NCBI GenBank assembly: GCA_951406725.2
Contig: OX597822.1
Location: forward strand, 20,956,001 to 21,020,000
Direction: 5' to 3'
DNA from: Octopus vulgaris
Lineage: Eukaryota
Length of the DNA: 64,000 bases
A program made the position numbers and the translations under genes. Below, in pieces: positions 26,783 through 40,200 of the stretch. The notes beneath the pieces are model-generated. The model was not told the origin of the DNA and did no database searches. It saw only the letters and a list, made by a program, of their open reading frames with translations. Numbering within the stretch: the stretch's first letter is position 1; every line of letters starts with the position of its first letter.

Positions 26783-27792
26783 TATCTATATATATATATA
26801 TATATACACACCATATGTTTATGTTATTTTATATCATATTTTATTCTCATATATATAGAGAGAGTCTGATACAGTCAACTAAGTACACTTAAATTTGGTG
26901 TCACAGTATGCCTGCAGTTAAATGACTTTGTACCAGTAAATGAATAAATGAATGGAAGAGATACAAATCATTCTTGCAGTTTCCAGTCACTTCTGTTAGT
27001 GGTGATTTTTTTTTTTTTTTGCCTTCTCATTTTTCACTGTGAATATTTGATTAGGTCCTTTTGGACTTAAACATTTTCTTACAACATAATTGCGCTACTT
27101 AATAGCTATGACATCAATAACGATTATGTCTTAGATAAACATGAAGCCATGAATAAATAGTGATGAGTATCTTGTTTCAGATCACAATGCAATGCCTTTC
27201 ATAGAAATACGTACAAATAACAAACAGCAAAAATATGATATCACTTTAACTTAGCACAAAATCATTTGTAAAGATTGGTTGTTGTCTGCTAATATGGTAA
27301 TGTCTCTAGCTAGTATTTATTTTATTGACTTTGAGGTACATGAAAAGGTCATCCCAACAGAATTTAAACCCAGAACCTTCAATTATCAAATTAGATAACA
27401 TAGTAAATCATGTTCCTTTTCTGCTGTCTATACTACACACATCACTGGAATATCAGTAATAAATTATATTACATTTTTAATCTATAGAGTTGTCTTTAAT
27501 CTTTTTGAATTTTATTACTTTTAAAAATGTTATGCTCCAATATATCTTTATGTTGTATAACCAATGATCAGGAAATTGAAATTTTATAACATCCTCCAAC
27601 GTATATTATGGATTTATATCTGTGAGTTGTGGTCTGTTTTCTAGTTGATCTATAATTTTGTACAAATCAGGAGGAAACAGCTTTGAAAAAAACTGCAAAA
27701 ATATTCTGTTAGTAAACACGGCTGAATGGATGATTCTTGACTGATTGGTTAAACAGATTTTCAAGCATCAACATATATACATGCATACATAA

Positions 27793-28476
<684 letters not shown>

Positions 28477-29034
28477 TTGACTTATTAACCTTATATACAT
28501 GTAAGTATGTAGTAATTTTTTAGATCAGAAATTATATGAAATATTTCAGAGATTGTATATCCATTGATTAACCTAACATAATCATTAAACACGACTCTGT
28601 GATTAATTTTCGGTTAAAATTATCAATCCAGAACATACAATGGTTAAACTGTCACATGTATAGATCTAAACTACAAGGCTGTGCTTGACTGCATTTGTGC
28701 CCTCCTATCTAGAAAATGATTTTATGTAATCAAAAGAAATTATAATTGTATTTAGTGAGACACAATAGCTGTGAGCTTAATTAATTTTTCTCTTAATCAG
28801 AAGAAAAGGGTGGTACCTATGACCTTAACATGTCTTTACATAGAAACTGGTGACATTGAAATAACTGATGTAGAGTTTAAACATTTATAAGTTGGTGTCT
28901 ACAAAATAAATTACAAACCAGTGTGTCAATGTTCTTGTGAGGACATTAGGGTGGTTAATGTAAGGTTGAGGTGAGAGGAGATATTAGTTTATTGACCATG
29001 TGATAATGAGTTCAAATATTGCTACTGCCATTGA

Positions 29035-29253
29035 ATTGATACCGACCCACTTGAGACTGTCCCAGGTTTTATGACGCAGACTTACTGTTTTAAAGTGGTC
29101 TGAATTATAATCTTCCATCAAAATTTTATGCTAATTTGTTCCAGATCCCGGCTTAGAAATCAAAAGTTATTTTATTAAATTCTTCTTTATTTTAAAAACC
29201 AAGTGAAGCAAAGGTAGCATTTATTAATCAAAATATGGCAACAAAAGGGTAAA
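29035..29253. mobile_element. Decayed piggyBac-type MITE, inverted relative to 13199-13418
   Basis: Internal similarity (aatcttccatcaaa..., aagttattttattaaattc); right end caacaaaagggtaaa. Confidence 0.55.
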
Positions 29254-30037
29254 TAAGATACTTAACCATTAACTCTAGTTTGCTTGACCAGACCCTCAAA
29301 GTCAGGACCACACCCTTGCATTTTTTGTTTCACAGTCAAGTGATTAGAAGCAGAGAAGGCATCCAGTTATAAACTAGTTGCTTCAACAGGTATACCTTTC
29401 AGTTCATGTAAGATTGGGAAAATCGATTGACAGAAAATAATATTTATTTCAGCAAATACTGGATGGAAAAAAGTCAAATCAACCACAAAAGCATTTGAAC
29501 TTGGAACATTATGAGACTAAATCAGAATGTAGAGAATATTTATGTTGACAATGGTGATGATAGTTAGGATGTGTGGGAAGATAATGAATAGGGTGCACAA
29601 AACAGTTTATAATTCAGTAGTGAAAACAGATGCAATCTTACACAAACTGACAAAGAGAAAAAAAAAGAGAGAAAGAAAGGGTGGTGGAGAGTTTGATTGT
29701 TATAAAACATGTCATGGCTTTTCATGTAAAAATTTTTCATTTAAAAGTCATGTTACTTGTTCCTTCAACATTTCAAATTTATATGGAGTCATGTTGTTCA
29801 AGTACGTGTACGGTTTGTGGCAATTCTTGCATTAATATCTGCATGACATTTTATGTTATAATATTTTTTGACACAAACCAGTCATATTCAAAATCACACT
29901 TTGCTTAAGTTGCAGATATATTTTTACTCATGCATCCCTACCTCTCTATGCACACTAAGACACAAAATGCAAAAAGAGATATATTTGCCAATTTCACACC
30001 CACAAATCTTATGCAATTATATGTATGTTTATCTATA

Positions 30038-30322
30038 GTGGAGGTGCAATGGCCTAGTGGTTAGGGCAGTGGACTCATGGTCATAGTATAGTGGTTTCAA
30101 TTCCCAGACCCATCATTGTGAGAGTTTATTGAGCAAAAATACCAAAAATCTCCATGAGGCTATGGCAGGGGTTGGTGGCGAACCCTGCTGTATTCTTTCA
30201 TCACAAATTTCTCTCACACTTTTTTCCTGTTTCTCTTCTATCTCTATTTCAAAGGGCCAGTCTTGTCACACTGTGTGTCATGGTGAATCTCCCCGGGAAC
30301 TATGTTAAGAGTACTCGTGTCT
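30038..30322 (+). mobile_element. tRNA-derived SINE, family 3
   Basis: A box TGGCCTAGTGG and B box GGTTTCAATTCC, followed by a non-tRNA body. Confidence 0.75.
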
Positions 30323-31043
30323 GTTTCAATCTCACAACCTCTGGATATTATCTTGCAATTTACTTTTTACTATTCTTTAGTATTTTTATTATATGCACAC
30401 ATATATATATATACATAATACATCCATCCATCGTTCCATCCATCCTTCTAAACATACATACACATATATGTATGTGCATATGTAAATTCATATGCATAAA
30501 CATCAGATGTGCGATTCACATAAAAAGAAACTCATAAGCACCAGCAGCAATACATGTAACTGTGCATTCACACAGATACATGCAAATACTCACACACATG
30601 TGCATGGTGAAAGTAATACTTCATTCATAGAATCCACATATACACACATATACACACATACATATATGTACGCACACACACACATGTATGTATATATATA
30701 TATATATCTATATACATACTCACACAGACGTGTACATATACATACAAACACATATACAAATATATGTCTATGCATACACGCACATACACATGCATATATA
30801 CCCATGCACGCATCACTATGCTCATATATACATCTCTACATGCACACACACATACTTACGTGGATATACAAAATATAGTTTATATGCACATGCATATACA
30901 TACACAGAAAATGTATATACAAATAAAAACACACGCAAAAATGCACACATCATTATGTTCATATACACACCTCTATACGCACATACACATACATATGCGG
31001 ATATACAAAACGTAGTCTATACACACATCACATACATACCCAG

Positions 31044-31440
31044 AGTCGACTGCAGGATTCACTGGAAGACTTTGGCCAAGTATAAGCCTTACACTAACAG
31101 CAGTGGAAAGTGCAGTCTTTGCGACATGGAAAGATGGCTTATCTGGAAATGTTCTTTAGACCCTGCTATGTGTCTAAATTCAAGAACTGAACTTCTTGGA
31201 TCATTTCCACATATGGCAAAATATTTGTTACATTTTTGGACCACCCTCCCCACCAAGATCACAGATACAATCTGCTTTTTAAATTATATTCGCATACAAG
31301 CCTTTCATATGTCTTAACATCACTTATATATTTATATATATTTTATTACTTTATAAATTTTTTCTGTATATTATTTTTCACCCTTTATAAATGTGTGACT
31401 TATACGTGTGTAGTATATACCTAATTTATATGTGTCTGGG
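31044..31440 (+). mobile_element. Penelope-like element 3' end (C-terminus of the GIY-YIG endonuclease region)
   Basis: IHWKTLAKYKPYTNSSGKCSLCDMERWLI...CLNSRTELLGSFPHMAKYLL matches the PLE pattern W-x-PY-x-CxLCxxE-x-LNxRxE-x-(C)xH. Confidence 0.8.
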
Positions 31441-32110
31441 GACAGCTGCATGGAAAAGTGTCACACCCTAGCAGTAGAGGAAACCTGTGGAAGAGGTAGA
31501 CCCAGGAAGACTTGGAATGAGATGGTGAAGGATGACCTTTGAATGTTGGGCCTCATGGAGGTGATGACAAGTGATCGAGACCTTTGGAGATATGTTGTGC
31601 TTGAGAAGACATGGCGAGCCAGGTGAGATCATAACTGTGGCTTATGCCTCTGCAGCATAACCTGCCCATTTAAGAGTACCATTCAATCATTGGGCAATAA
31701 ACTGTGCTTGGGGAGACCTGTTGAGTCAAGGGAAGTCATTGTCATGACCAATTCCAGTACTGCCTGACTGGCACCCATGCTGGTGGTTTGTAAAAAGCAT
31801 CATTTGAGTGTGGTCGATGCCATTGCCACCTAACTGGTCCCATGCCGGTGGCACGTAAAAAGCACCATCTGTGCGTGATTGTTGCCAGTGTTGCCTGATT
31901 AGCTCCCATGCCAGTAGCACGTAAAAAAGACCCACTACATTCTCAGAGTGTTTGGCGTTAGGAAGGGCATCCAGCTGTAGAAACTTTGCCAGATCAGATT
32001 GGAGCCTGGTGCAGCCTTCTGGCTTTCCAGCCCTCAGTCAAACCATCCAGCTTATACCATCATGGGGAGCGGATGTTAAATGATGATGATTATAATGATG
32101 ATAATGATAA
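31441..32110 (+). mobile_element. RTE-clade LINE, 5'-truncated: ORF C-terminus plus 3' UTR and (ATG)n tail
   Basis: DSCMEKCHTLAVEETCGRGRPRKTWNEMVKDDL*MLGLMEVMTSDRDLWR, then a repeated 3' UTR. Confidence 0.85.
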
Positions 32111-33456
32111 TAGAGTGTTACCTGTCATATAATGCATAAGCAAAATATATGCATAAGTAAAATATATAATGCAAAAGCAAAATTTTTATTGGTTTAAAAT
32201 TTATGCATACATACATACATATGTACATATATATGTATGTATATGTGTATATATCTATATGAATGTAAGGATATATGTGTGTATGTGTACATGAATGTAT
32301 TCTGATACAGATGCATGTATATATATATATATGTGTGCATGTGTGTGTATGGATTCCTACATACTTGTATATGTTTATATATTTGAATGTGTCTATATTT
32401 ACACACACATGTACTCACATGTACACATACATATTTCTGACTATTTTCTGTATTTATTCTTACTTTATCTAATAGGTGTATATTTCTCTCTTTACATTGA
32501 AATGAAGGTACATATATTTGTCTCTATAAAACTTGTCATAATTTTACATTTGAAATTGTTTAAACACCTTTGCAATTGATAATTCTCTATTTTATTACAC
32601 CATTTTCATTGTTTTTAGAATACCTTTCAAATATGATATGATTTAATTTCTTCCTTAATACATTTATAATTGACTGCCTCCACTCCTAGCTCTATCTTCT
32701 CTAGTTGTCACTTTCTCTACTATTTCCCATTCTGTTGTCTACCTATCACCAGCTCCCCATCTCTACTTCCCCTTAATCTCTCTCTCCTCTCACTTTTGCT
32801 CCCTTGACATTGTTTTATGATGTGTATATCGTATATTTGATTAAGTGCTACACTTTCATTCCTCTGTGTCTCTCTTTAACGGCCCTGCTGTTTCCCCTCT
32901 TTTCCACTTCCTCCACCTCTTCATCTGTCTCTATGATTCTTTCTTTGTCCCTGTGTGTGTGGTATCCTCTACTACAAAGCCTCATCTTGCACCTCTTATA
33001 TTAATTTTCACTCTATGCCTCTTTCATACTCTCTTAGCATCAACGACATACCTGACCATAGAAAATCTAAATAAATGAATTTCAACTGACCAATGCAAGT
33101 ATGGAAAAATAAACATTAAAAAGTGAAGAGGACAATGATGATTTTTTTAAATATATACACACATGCACACATTTATGAATTTGTATTGCAACATTCCTGA
33201 TGTGAAACTGTACGTTGAGACAGATATTGTTGTATATCGGGATGGTAATATTTTTTTTCCCAAATAAACACATGGGCTATATATTCGTTTTTCATTTGTT
33301 TATTACTGTTCTTATTCTAACTCATGTCCATTGTCTGGAAATCTTTCGTCACACATCTCTGACCTCTTCAGCAACACTTTCTGTCCCCTCGTGCCCCTGC
33401 TCCACTTAGCTCATTCTGTACATCTGTCTATATGTATGTGTGTATGTATGTGTGTG

Positions 33457-33488
<32 letters not shown>

Positions 33489-33489
<1 letters not shown>

Positions 33490-33897
33490 CTATATAATAA
33501 AGCTCAACGTCTGTGTGTATGTGTGTCTGTACATCTATAGGACGAAAGGGAATAGAAGATAGATAAGAACAAAGTATGTGATCTCATGTAAAATGTTATG
33601 AGAAAGACAATGAGCTACATAAAATTTACTTTCCATTGCAATTGGGGGCTTAAAAGAGGGCATGCACCCCCTGTGAAATTTCAAATACCTCTGATTTCAA
33701 TGAAAATAACAACATAACTACTAGTGCTAAATAAAGAAGATTTCCAAAATTTCACCATCTTACAATATAAACCCTCAACGGGGTTTATAACACAGGACAG
33801 AGCCCCTTTGAAAGTGCAAATACATCCACTTTTCATGGAAATTTAGGTATGTGTTCTTGGAATAAGTGTACTACAAAACTTCAAGAATGCATATCTC

Positions 33898-33900
<3 letters not shown>
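33489..33900 (+). mobile_element. Non-autonomous Helitron, 5' part
   Basis: A|TCTATATAATAAAGC 5' end followed by (GT)n; internal degenerate repeats; no 3' CTRR end seen. Confidence 0.55.
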
Positions 33901-33948
<48 letters not shown>

Positions 33949-33973
33949 GAATAATTATATATATATATATATA

Positions 33974-34049
<76 letters not shown>

Positions 34050-34099
34050 TAAAAAATATGAATAAAATAGAGTTAACGCAGGTGTAATAAAATATTTTT

Positions 34100-34185
34100 A
34101 CTTTCGACACATGTTTCGAAAATTCCACTGATACTATTCAAAAGAATAAATGGTATAAACAATGCAATCTTCTCCTCAGGAAAGT
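34100..34185 (-). ncRNA. Type I hammerhead ribozyme, intact core, extended stem II
   Basis: Minus strand: ACTTTC CTGAGGA GAAGATT...AATTTTC GAAAC atgt GTC GAAAGT; perfect 6-bp stem I and a GUC cleavage triplet. Confidence 0.82.
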
Positions 34186-34385
34186 GGAAAGAACGAAACT
34201 CGTCAATAAGACATTTTAGCAAAAAATGATGGATTTGTATAGCGATAGACAGAACGCTATTAATATTGTTTAAAAAAAGTTATATGATATAACGTCATAA
34301 GTAGCTAACAGAAAGAGTAGGGATATTAATAGTGAATGTTAAATATAAAGGAAATTAAAGTTTAAATTATATATAATGATAGAGA

Positions 34386-34562
34386 CTACTTATATGCACT
34401 AAATGTATGTTTTTGCCAATGCTTACATCTGTATGCTCGCTCTATAACCGTGTTTACTAGAGTATTTTTAGAAAAAATAATGAAAAATAGCTCAGAATTG
34501 CAGAGAAGACAGAATTTCTTGCCTTTGTCATATGGTATCGAAATTGAGAGAATCAACCATTC
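34386..34562 (-). pseudogene. PLE endonuclease C-terminal fragment
   Basis: EWLILSISIPYDKGKKFCLLCNSELFFIIFSKNTLVNTVIERAYRCKHWQKHTFSAYK*. Confidence 0.78.
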
Positions 34563-34799
34563 TTAATGAAATTTAATACATTTAGTGCATATAAGTAGTC
34601 TCTATCATTATATATAATTTAAACTTTAATTTCCTTTATATTTAACATTCACTATTAATATCCCTACTCTTTCTGTTAGCTACTTATGACGTTATATCAT
34701 ATAACGTTTTTTTAAACAATATTAATAGCGTTCAGTCTATCGCTATACAAATCCATCATTTTTTGCTAAAATGTCTTATTGACGAGTTTCGTTTTTTTC

Positions 34800-34883
34800 A
34801 CTTTCATGAGGAAAAGATTGCATTGTTTATACCATTTATTCTTTTGAATAGTATCAGTGGAATTTTCGAAACGTGTCGAAAGT
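34800..34883 (+). ncRNA. Decayed hammerhead copy in the inverted arm
   Basis: ACTTTC aTGAGGA aAAGATT...AATTTTC GAAAC gt GTC GAAAGT: C3A change, first stem II pair broken, 2-nt loop deletion. Confidence 0.65.
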
Positions 34884-35073
34884 AAAAATATTTTATTACA
34901 CCTGCGTTAACTCTATTTTTTATTCATATTATTCAAAATATTCAGCGTAAACACGAAGTTTCTACCTTTATAAACAAGGAGTTACAACACCTTTACTTGT
35001 GAGATTTTTGCTGCCCTGGTAACTATTTATTTATTTTTCCGTGTTAATTGTTAACAAGGTAAAAATACACTCA

Positions 35074-35074
<1 letters not shown>

Positions 35075-35130
<56 letters not shown>

Positions 35131-35293
35131 GTATATATATATGTATATATATACATATATATATATGTATATATATATGTATATATATACATATATATAT
35201 GTATATATATACATATATATATGTATATATATATATGTATATATATACATATATATATATATGTATATATATATGTATATATATATGTGTGTG

Positions 35294-35324
<31 letters not shown>

Positions 35325-35340
35325 ATATATATATATCTAT
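35075..35340. repeat. (TA)n/(TG)n compound microsatellite
   Basis: Read directly from the sequence. Confidence 0.95.
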
Positions 35341-35424
35341 ACATACTTGGAAGAGGATGCATGGCATTCACTCATATAATAATATAAGTAATATATATAT
35401 GCATATATACATACGTATATGTAC

Positions 35425-35600
35425 CACCTGACTGGCACGTAAAAGCACCCACTACTTTCTCAGAGTGGTTGGCATTAGGAAAGGCATCGAGCTGTAGAAA
35501 CTCTGCCAGATCAGACTGGAGCCTGGTGCAGTCATCTGGCTCACCAGTCCTCAGTCAAAGCATTCAATCCATGCCAGCATGGAAAGCAGACAATAAATGA
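35425..35600 (+). mobile_element. RTE LINE 3' UTR fragment running into (AAT)n
   Basis: ggcacgtaaaagcacccact...ccatgccagcatggaaagcagac. Confidence 0.8.
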
Positions 35601-35608
35601 ATAATAAC

Positions 35609-35662
<54 letters not shown>

Positions 35663-35663
<1 letters not shown>

Positions 35664-35882
35664 TAGACAAGTGGTTGAAGGAGATTGGAATAGAATGTCC
35701 AGTAGAGCTTCCACCGAAAGTTTGCCTCTTAGGGACTGGAGAGATTATCAGGAGGTTCTTAAACACTTGAAAGACTATTGAAGGATTGAGGATACCTAAG
35801 GTTACAGGTAGTAACACACTACCCACGTAAATCCTGCCAGGAATAAGACCAAACCTGAATCAAATCAATGATGATAATAATA
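35663..35882 (+). mobile_element. R4/Dong-clade non-LTR retrotransposon 3' end
   Basis: DKWLKEIGIECPVELPPKVCLLGTGEIIRRFLNT* (35666-35770) resembles the R4/Dong terminal motif LQKxxLLGTxxIxRxxL; short 3' UTR; (TAA)n on both sides. Confidence 0.75.
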
Positions 35883-35970
35883 TATGCGTGTGTGTGTGTG
35901 TGTATACTAATACTTGCATGCATACAAATATATATACATAGATACATACATTTACATATAAGTACATATA

Positions 35971-36350
35971 GGCACAGGAGTGGCTGTGTGGTAAGTAGCT
36001 TGCTAACCAATCACATGGTTCCGGGTCCAGTCCCACTAAGCCCTGGGCCGACCAACGCCTTGCGAGTGGATTTGGTTGATGGAAACTGAAAGAAGCCTGT
36101 CTTATATATGTATATATATGTATATGTATGTGTGTGTGTATTTGTGTGTCTGTGTTTGTCCCCTAGCATTGCTTGACGACCGATGCTGGTGTGTTTATGT
36201 CCCCGTCACTTATCGGTTCGGCAGGAGAGACCGATAGAATGAGTACTGGGCTCACAAAGAATGAGTCCCGGGGTCGATTTGCTCGACTAAAGGCGGTGCT
36301 CCAGCATGGCCACAGTCAAATGACTGAGACAAGTAAAAGAGTAAAAGAGA
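35971..36350 (+). mobile_element. tRNA-derived SINE family 1, near full length
   Basis: A box TGGCTGTGTGG, B-box-like GGTCCAGTCC, internal TA/TG microsatellite, tail gtcaaatgactgagacaagtaaaaga. Partial copies near 5515, 7290, 20085, 25020, 51600 and 59850. Confidence 0.85.
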
Positions 36351-36359
36351 GAGAGAGTA

Positions 36360-36670
36360 TATCATCATCATCACTGTTTAACATTGGTCTTTCATCACAG
36401 GCATGAGTTGGATTGTTTGACAGGAGCCAGCCAGGTAGGAGCCTACTCTGGCTATTGTGTCAGTTTTGGCATGATCTTTATAGCTGGATGCCCTTCCTAA
36501 CACCATCAGCTCCACAGAGTGCACTCAGAGCTTTTTACAAGGCACCAGCACAGGTGAGGTCAGTTTGGGCATGGTTTTTACAGCTGGATGCCCTTCCAGA
36601 TGCCAACCACTTTACAGTGTGGGCTGGTTGCTTTTTACATTGCACCAGCACCAGCAAGGTCACCAAGCTG
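36360..36670 (-). mobile_element. Older RTE 3' UTR fragment
   Basis: Duplicated agctggatgcccttcc motif and (CAT)n tail. Confidence 0.6.
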
Positions 36671-37269
36671 CAAGACAAGGAATTTTGAGAGGGAGGGGGC
36701 ATTGGAGGATGGGAACTTGTGTCACATGATGAAAGATTAGAGTGTAACAAAGAGACAGAGAAGCAGAAATAGATGTTTTGCTATAGAGGTGGGAGCATTG
36801 GAAAAGGTAATCTTGTGTCAGATGATGACATGTTAGAATGTGACAGAGAAACAGAGGCAGAGACAAGTGTCTTGCTATAGTATACAATATAATATATAAA
36901 TGTGTGTTTGTGTGTATACACACACAAATACACATACACACACACACACAATCCAGTTAAACATTTTATGGATTGTTGCTATAGAATAAAATTTTGCATT
37001 GTAATCCACCAATAGTGCTTTTGGTTTCCTTTTCAAACTCTTATCTAAGAATAGAACTGCAGATTGAAGCAGTGGTGGGGGATTATGGTGATAAGGATGA
37101 AAAATGATGGCTGTAGTGGTGGTGACAGTAATGCTGGTCGTGGTGTTCAAAAATGCTTTTATTTTATCACAGAAATGTTTGTCAATTGATTATGACACCT
37201 ATCACTGACATTGTTATTATTGTTATTAATCTTAGTTTTATACATACATACCTACTTACATTTACACAA

Positions 37270-37378
37270 ATTTACACCAACACAAACAATACACATATGT
37301 GTATGTGTGTGTGTGTGTGCATGTACTCTATATGCATCTGCATATTGATGCTTCTAGTAATGAATATATATGCATGTG

Positions 37379-37422
<44 letters not shown>

Positions 37423-37556
37423 TATCTACATACACATGTATATATACACATATATTTATATAGATGTATACGTATATATAAATATATATATATGTACATA
37501 TTGTTATGCACACACATAATAAATATACATATCCATATACATACATATACATACAA

Positions 37557-37600
<44 letters not shown>

Positions 37601-37704
37601 GCTTATGTGAATATATGTATATACATATGTGTATATATGTACGAATGTATGTATGTATAAATTATATATACTAATATGTGTGTTCCTATATATATGTATA
37701 TATG

Positions 37705-37737
<33 letters not shown>

Positions 37738-37951
37738 CTCTGGATATGTATATCTATACACAGTTACTTTCATTTAGCCCCTGGCATGAAACAGTTTTAA
37801 CATTTTCATTCAGTTTTGTTTCATTTTTGCTGTTCTTGTAGAATTTCCTTGCATTAAGTAAATTTAAGAGCTGATAAATATGTCAGTTATGTGAAACATT
37901 GTGTGTAGATAAGTGTATATGTCCATATAAAGGTGTGTGTAAGATATATAC

Positions 37952-37982
<31 letters not shown>

Positions 37983-37985
37983 CAC

Positions 37986-38040
<55 letters not shown>

Positions 38041-38113
38041 ACATATATACATACATATATACATATATACATATATTTATATACATATACATATATATAT
38101 ACATATATATATA

Positions 38114-38164
<51 letters not shown>

Positions 38165-38430
38165 CATATATGCATGTATATATATATATATGTATGTACA
38201 TATGTGCATATATATACATACATGTATATATATGTACATATGACATGTATGAATATACACATATATGGATATATATATACATACATACATAAATATATAT
38301 ATATTTATACATGTATTTATACACATATATATATATCTGTATATATATATATATATATACACACACACATATATATGCACCCACACATATACATACACAA
38401 TCACATACATACAAGCACATATACATATGA
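37270..38430. repeat. Degenerate (TA)/(CA)/(TATG) microsatellite field
   Basis: Read directly from the sequence. Confidence 0.9.
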
Positions 38431-38607
38431 ACACACAGAGATTTTGTTACTTAACATTAGTGCTTCTTTATGCCTTGTATACGTTTCACTTTATATCAGT
38501 TGCGTCTTTCTCAGGTTGTTAGACCTCTAGACACATATTATGGAGATTAGTCTTTTGGTAGCACTGGGAAGGTTTGATATGAGAGGACCTTTAAATCTTT
38601 TCTTCAG

Positions 38608-38650
38608 ATTTTCAGAGTTAGTGTCAATTATTAGCAAAGATCGTTTTGCT
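38608..38650 (+). CDS. Candidate small exon of an unidentified host gene (xFSELVSIISKDRFA)
   Basis: ttttcttcag acceptor and GTAAGT donor. An alternative acceptor at 38514 would include an in-frame ATG at 38540. Confidence 0.3.
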
Positions 38651-39199
38651 GTAAGTTCCACATCAACATCTCTTCGCTATTTGTACCATTATTGTTATGC
38701 TATTATCTTAACAACAACATCACTGTTATCATCATCATAATATTTACTATCACCATATTGGTAACATCATCATTAGTACTAGTGCATTATGCATGTTTTT
38801 GTGTTGTTTTTCAGATTTATTTGCATTGATTTTGACAGAATTCAAGCCAGTCACTAGCAAAGTGACAAGGCCTTTATATTTGAGTAAACACATTTCCAGG
38901 GATTTTGAGAATTCATATGCTTATATAAGTATTTGTTTGCATATATATAAATTTTTTTATTATTTTTAAATATATATATGTAAGTGTGTGTGTGTGAGTG
39001 ATTATTTTGTTGATGTATGTGCTTGTATAGATGTAACAAATGTCATTTTAGTATGCAAACATGTACTTTCTTTTCATGTTTCTTTTTAATTAACCTTTTT
39101 TGACAGAAACCTAGTCGTGTTTTCTCCAACTACTTTCTTAATACTCATTAACCCTCTTCTATCTTCTACTCTTTTTCAATATAACTTTTCCAATATAAT

Positions 39200-39570
39200 A
39201 TAGGTGCAGGTGTAGCTGTGCATAGATGCAGGTGTGGGTGTGTGGTAAGAAGCTTGGTTCCCAACCATATGGTCCCAGGTCAGCCCCAATATGTGGAACA
39301 TTGGGCAAGTGTCTTCTAATATAGCCTTGGGCTGACTAAGCCTTTTGAGTGGATTTGGTGTGTGTATCTATGTCTACTCCTCACCATCACTTGACAGTTG
39401 ATGGTGGTGTGTTTATGGCCCGTAACTTAGCAGTTTAGCAAAAGAGACCGATAGAATAAGTACCAGGCTTAAAAACAAAGTAAGTATTGGGGTTGATTCA
39501 TTGGACTAAAATTCTTCAGAGTAGTGCCCCTGCATAGCCACAGTCTAATCACTGAAACAGATAAAAGATA
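39200..39570 (+). mobile_element. tRNA-derived SINE, family 1
   Basis: Similar to 35971-36350. Confidence 0.75.
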
Positions 39571-39584
39571 ACTAGTCAATATCT

Positions 39585-40200
39585 AATTAGGACTGCACGC
39601 TTTTGTCCAGCACGAGTTCGATCCTCATCTTTCTGAGAATATCCTTCAATTTATCTACACTCCATTTAATGGTTCCTGTTTCATACATAGCTTATTACTA
39701 ATATTACCCTGAAGTTGATTGCATGTATGATACTTCCCGCATTCAATTTTGGATTATAAAATCTTAATTCTATCAAAATGTTCTTTAATGCGGATGACTT
39801 TCATTTCTACACTTTTGATTTTATCCCTTCCCAGTATTCCAAGATATTTATAAACTTCTATATTTAATGATTTTATATCCTCGTCATAAGTTACATACAT
39901 TGCAGTATATTTTGTGATTTTCCTCTTCTTCAACTCCACTATGATACATTTCTCAATTTGAAAGTCATCCCAGTGTCAACACTAAATATTCGTATGGCTT
40001 GCATTAAAGAATCCAGTCGATTCATGCCTCTGTAAAGCTCTAAGTTGCCCATAGACAGGAGATGTTTTACATTTCCCCTATTCTTCTCCAGGGAATTTAC
40101 TTCCTCGGCTTTTATATAATTCACAAAGGGGTCATTGCTGTTACAAACAAAATAGGAAAGAGGCAGTCTCCCCTAAAATATTTTTCATCTGAACTGTACA
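39585..40200 (-). mobile_element. R4/Dong-clade reverse transcriptase fragment (pseudogenised)
   Basis: GDCLFPILFVTAMTP, VKHLLSMGNLELY (cf. HLLYMDDLKLY), LDSLMQAIRIFSVDTGM, YKYLGIL, KLNAGSIIHAIN. Confidence 0.85.

Larger units (their letters stand above)
34047..35072 (-). mobile_element. Penelope-like element with inverted pseudo-LTRs
   Basis: Inverted arms of about 350 bp (34055-34408 / 34576-34930); the spacer encodes the PLE endonuclease C-terminus; (TA)n on both flanks. Confidence 0.88.

Noticed and set aside
30038-30112. tRNA gene
   Set aside because: A/B boxes run into a SINE body seen elsewhere in the window; no clean cloverleaf.
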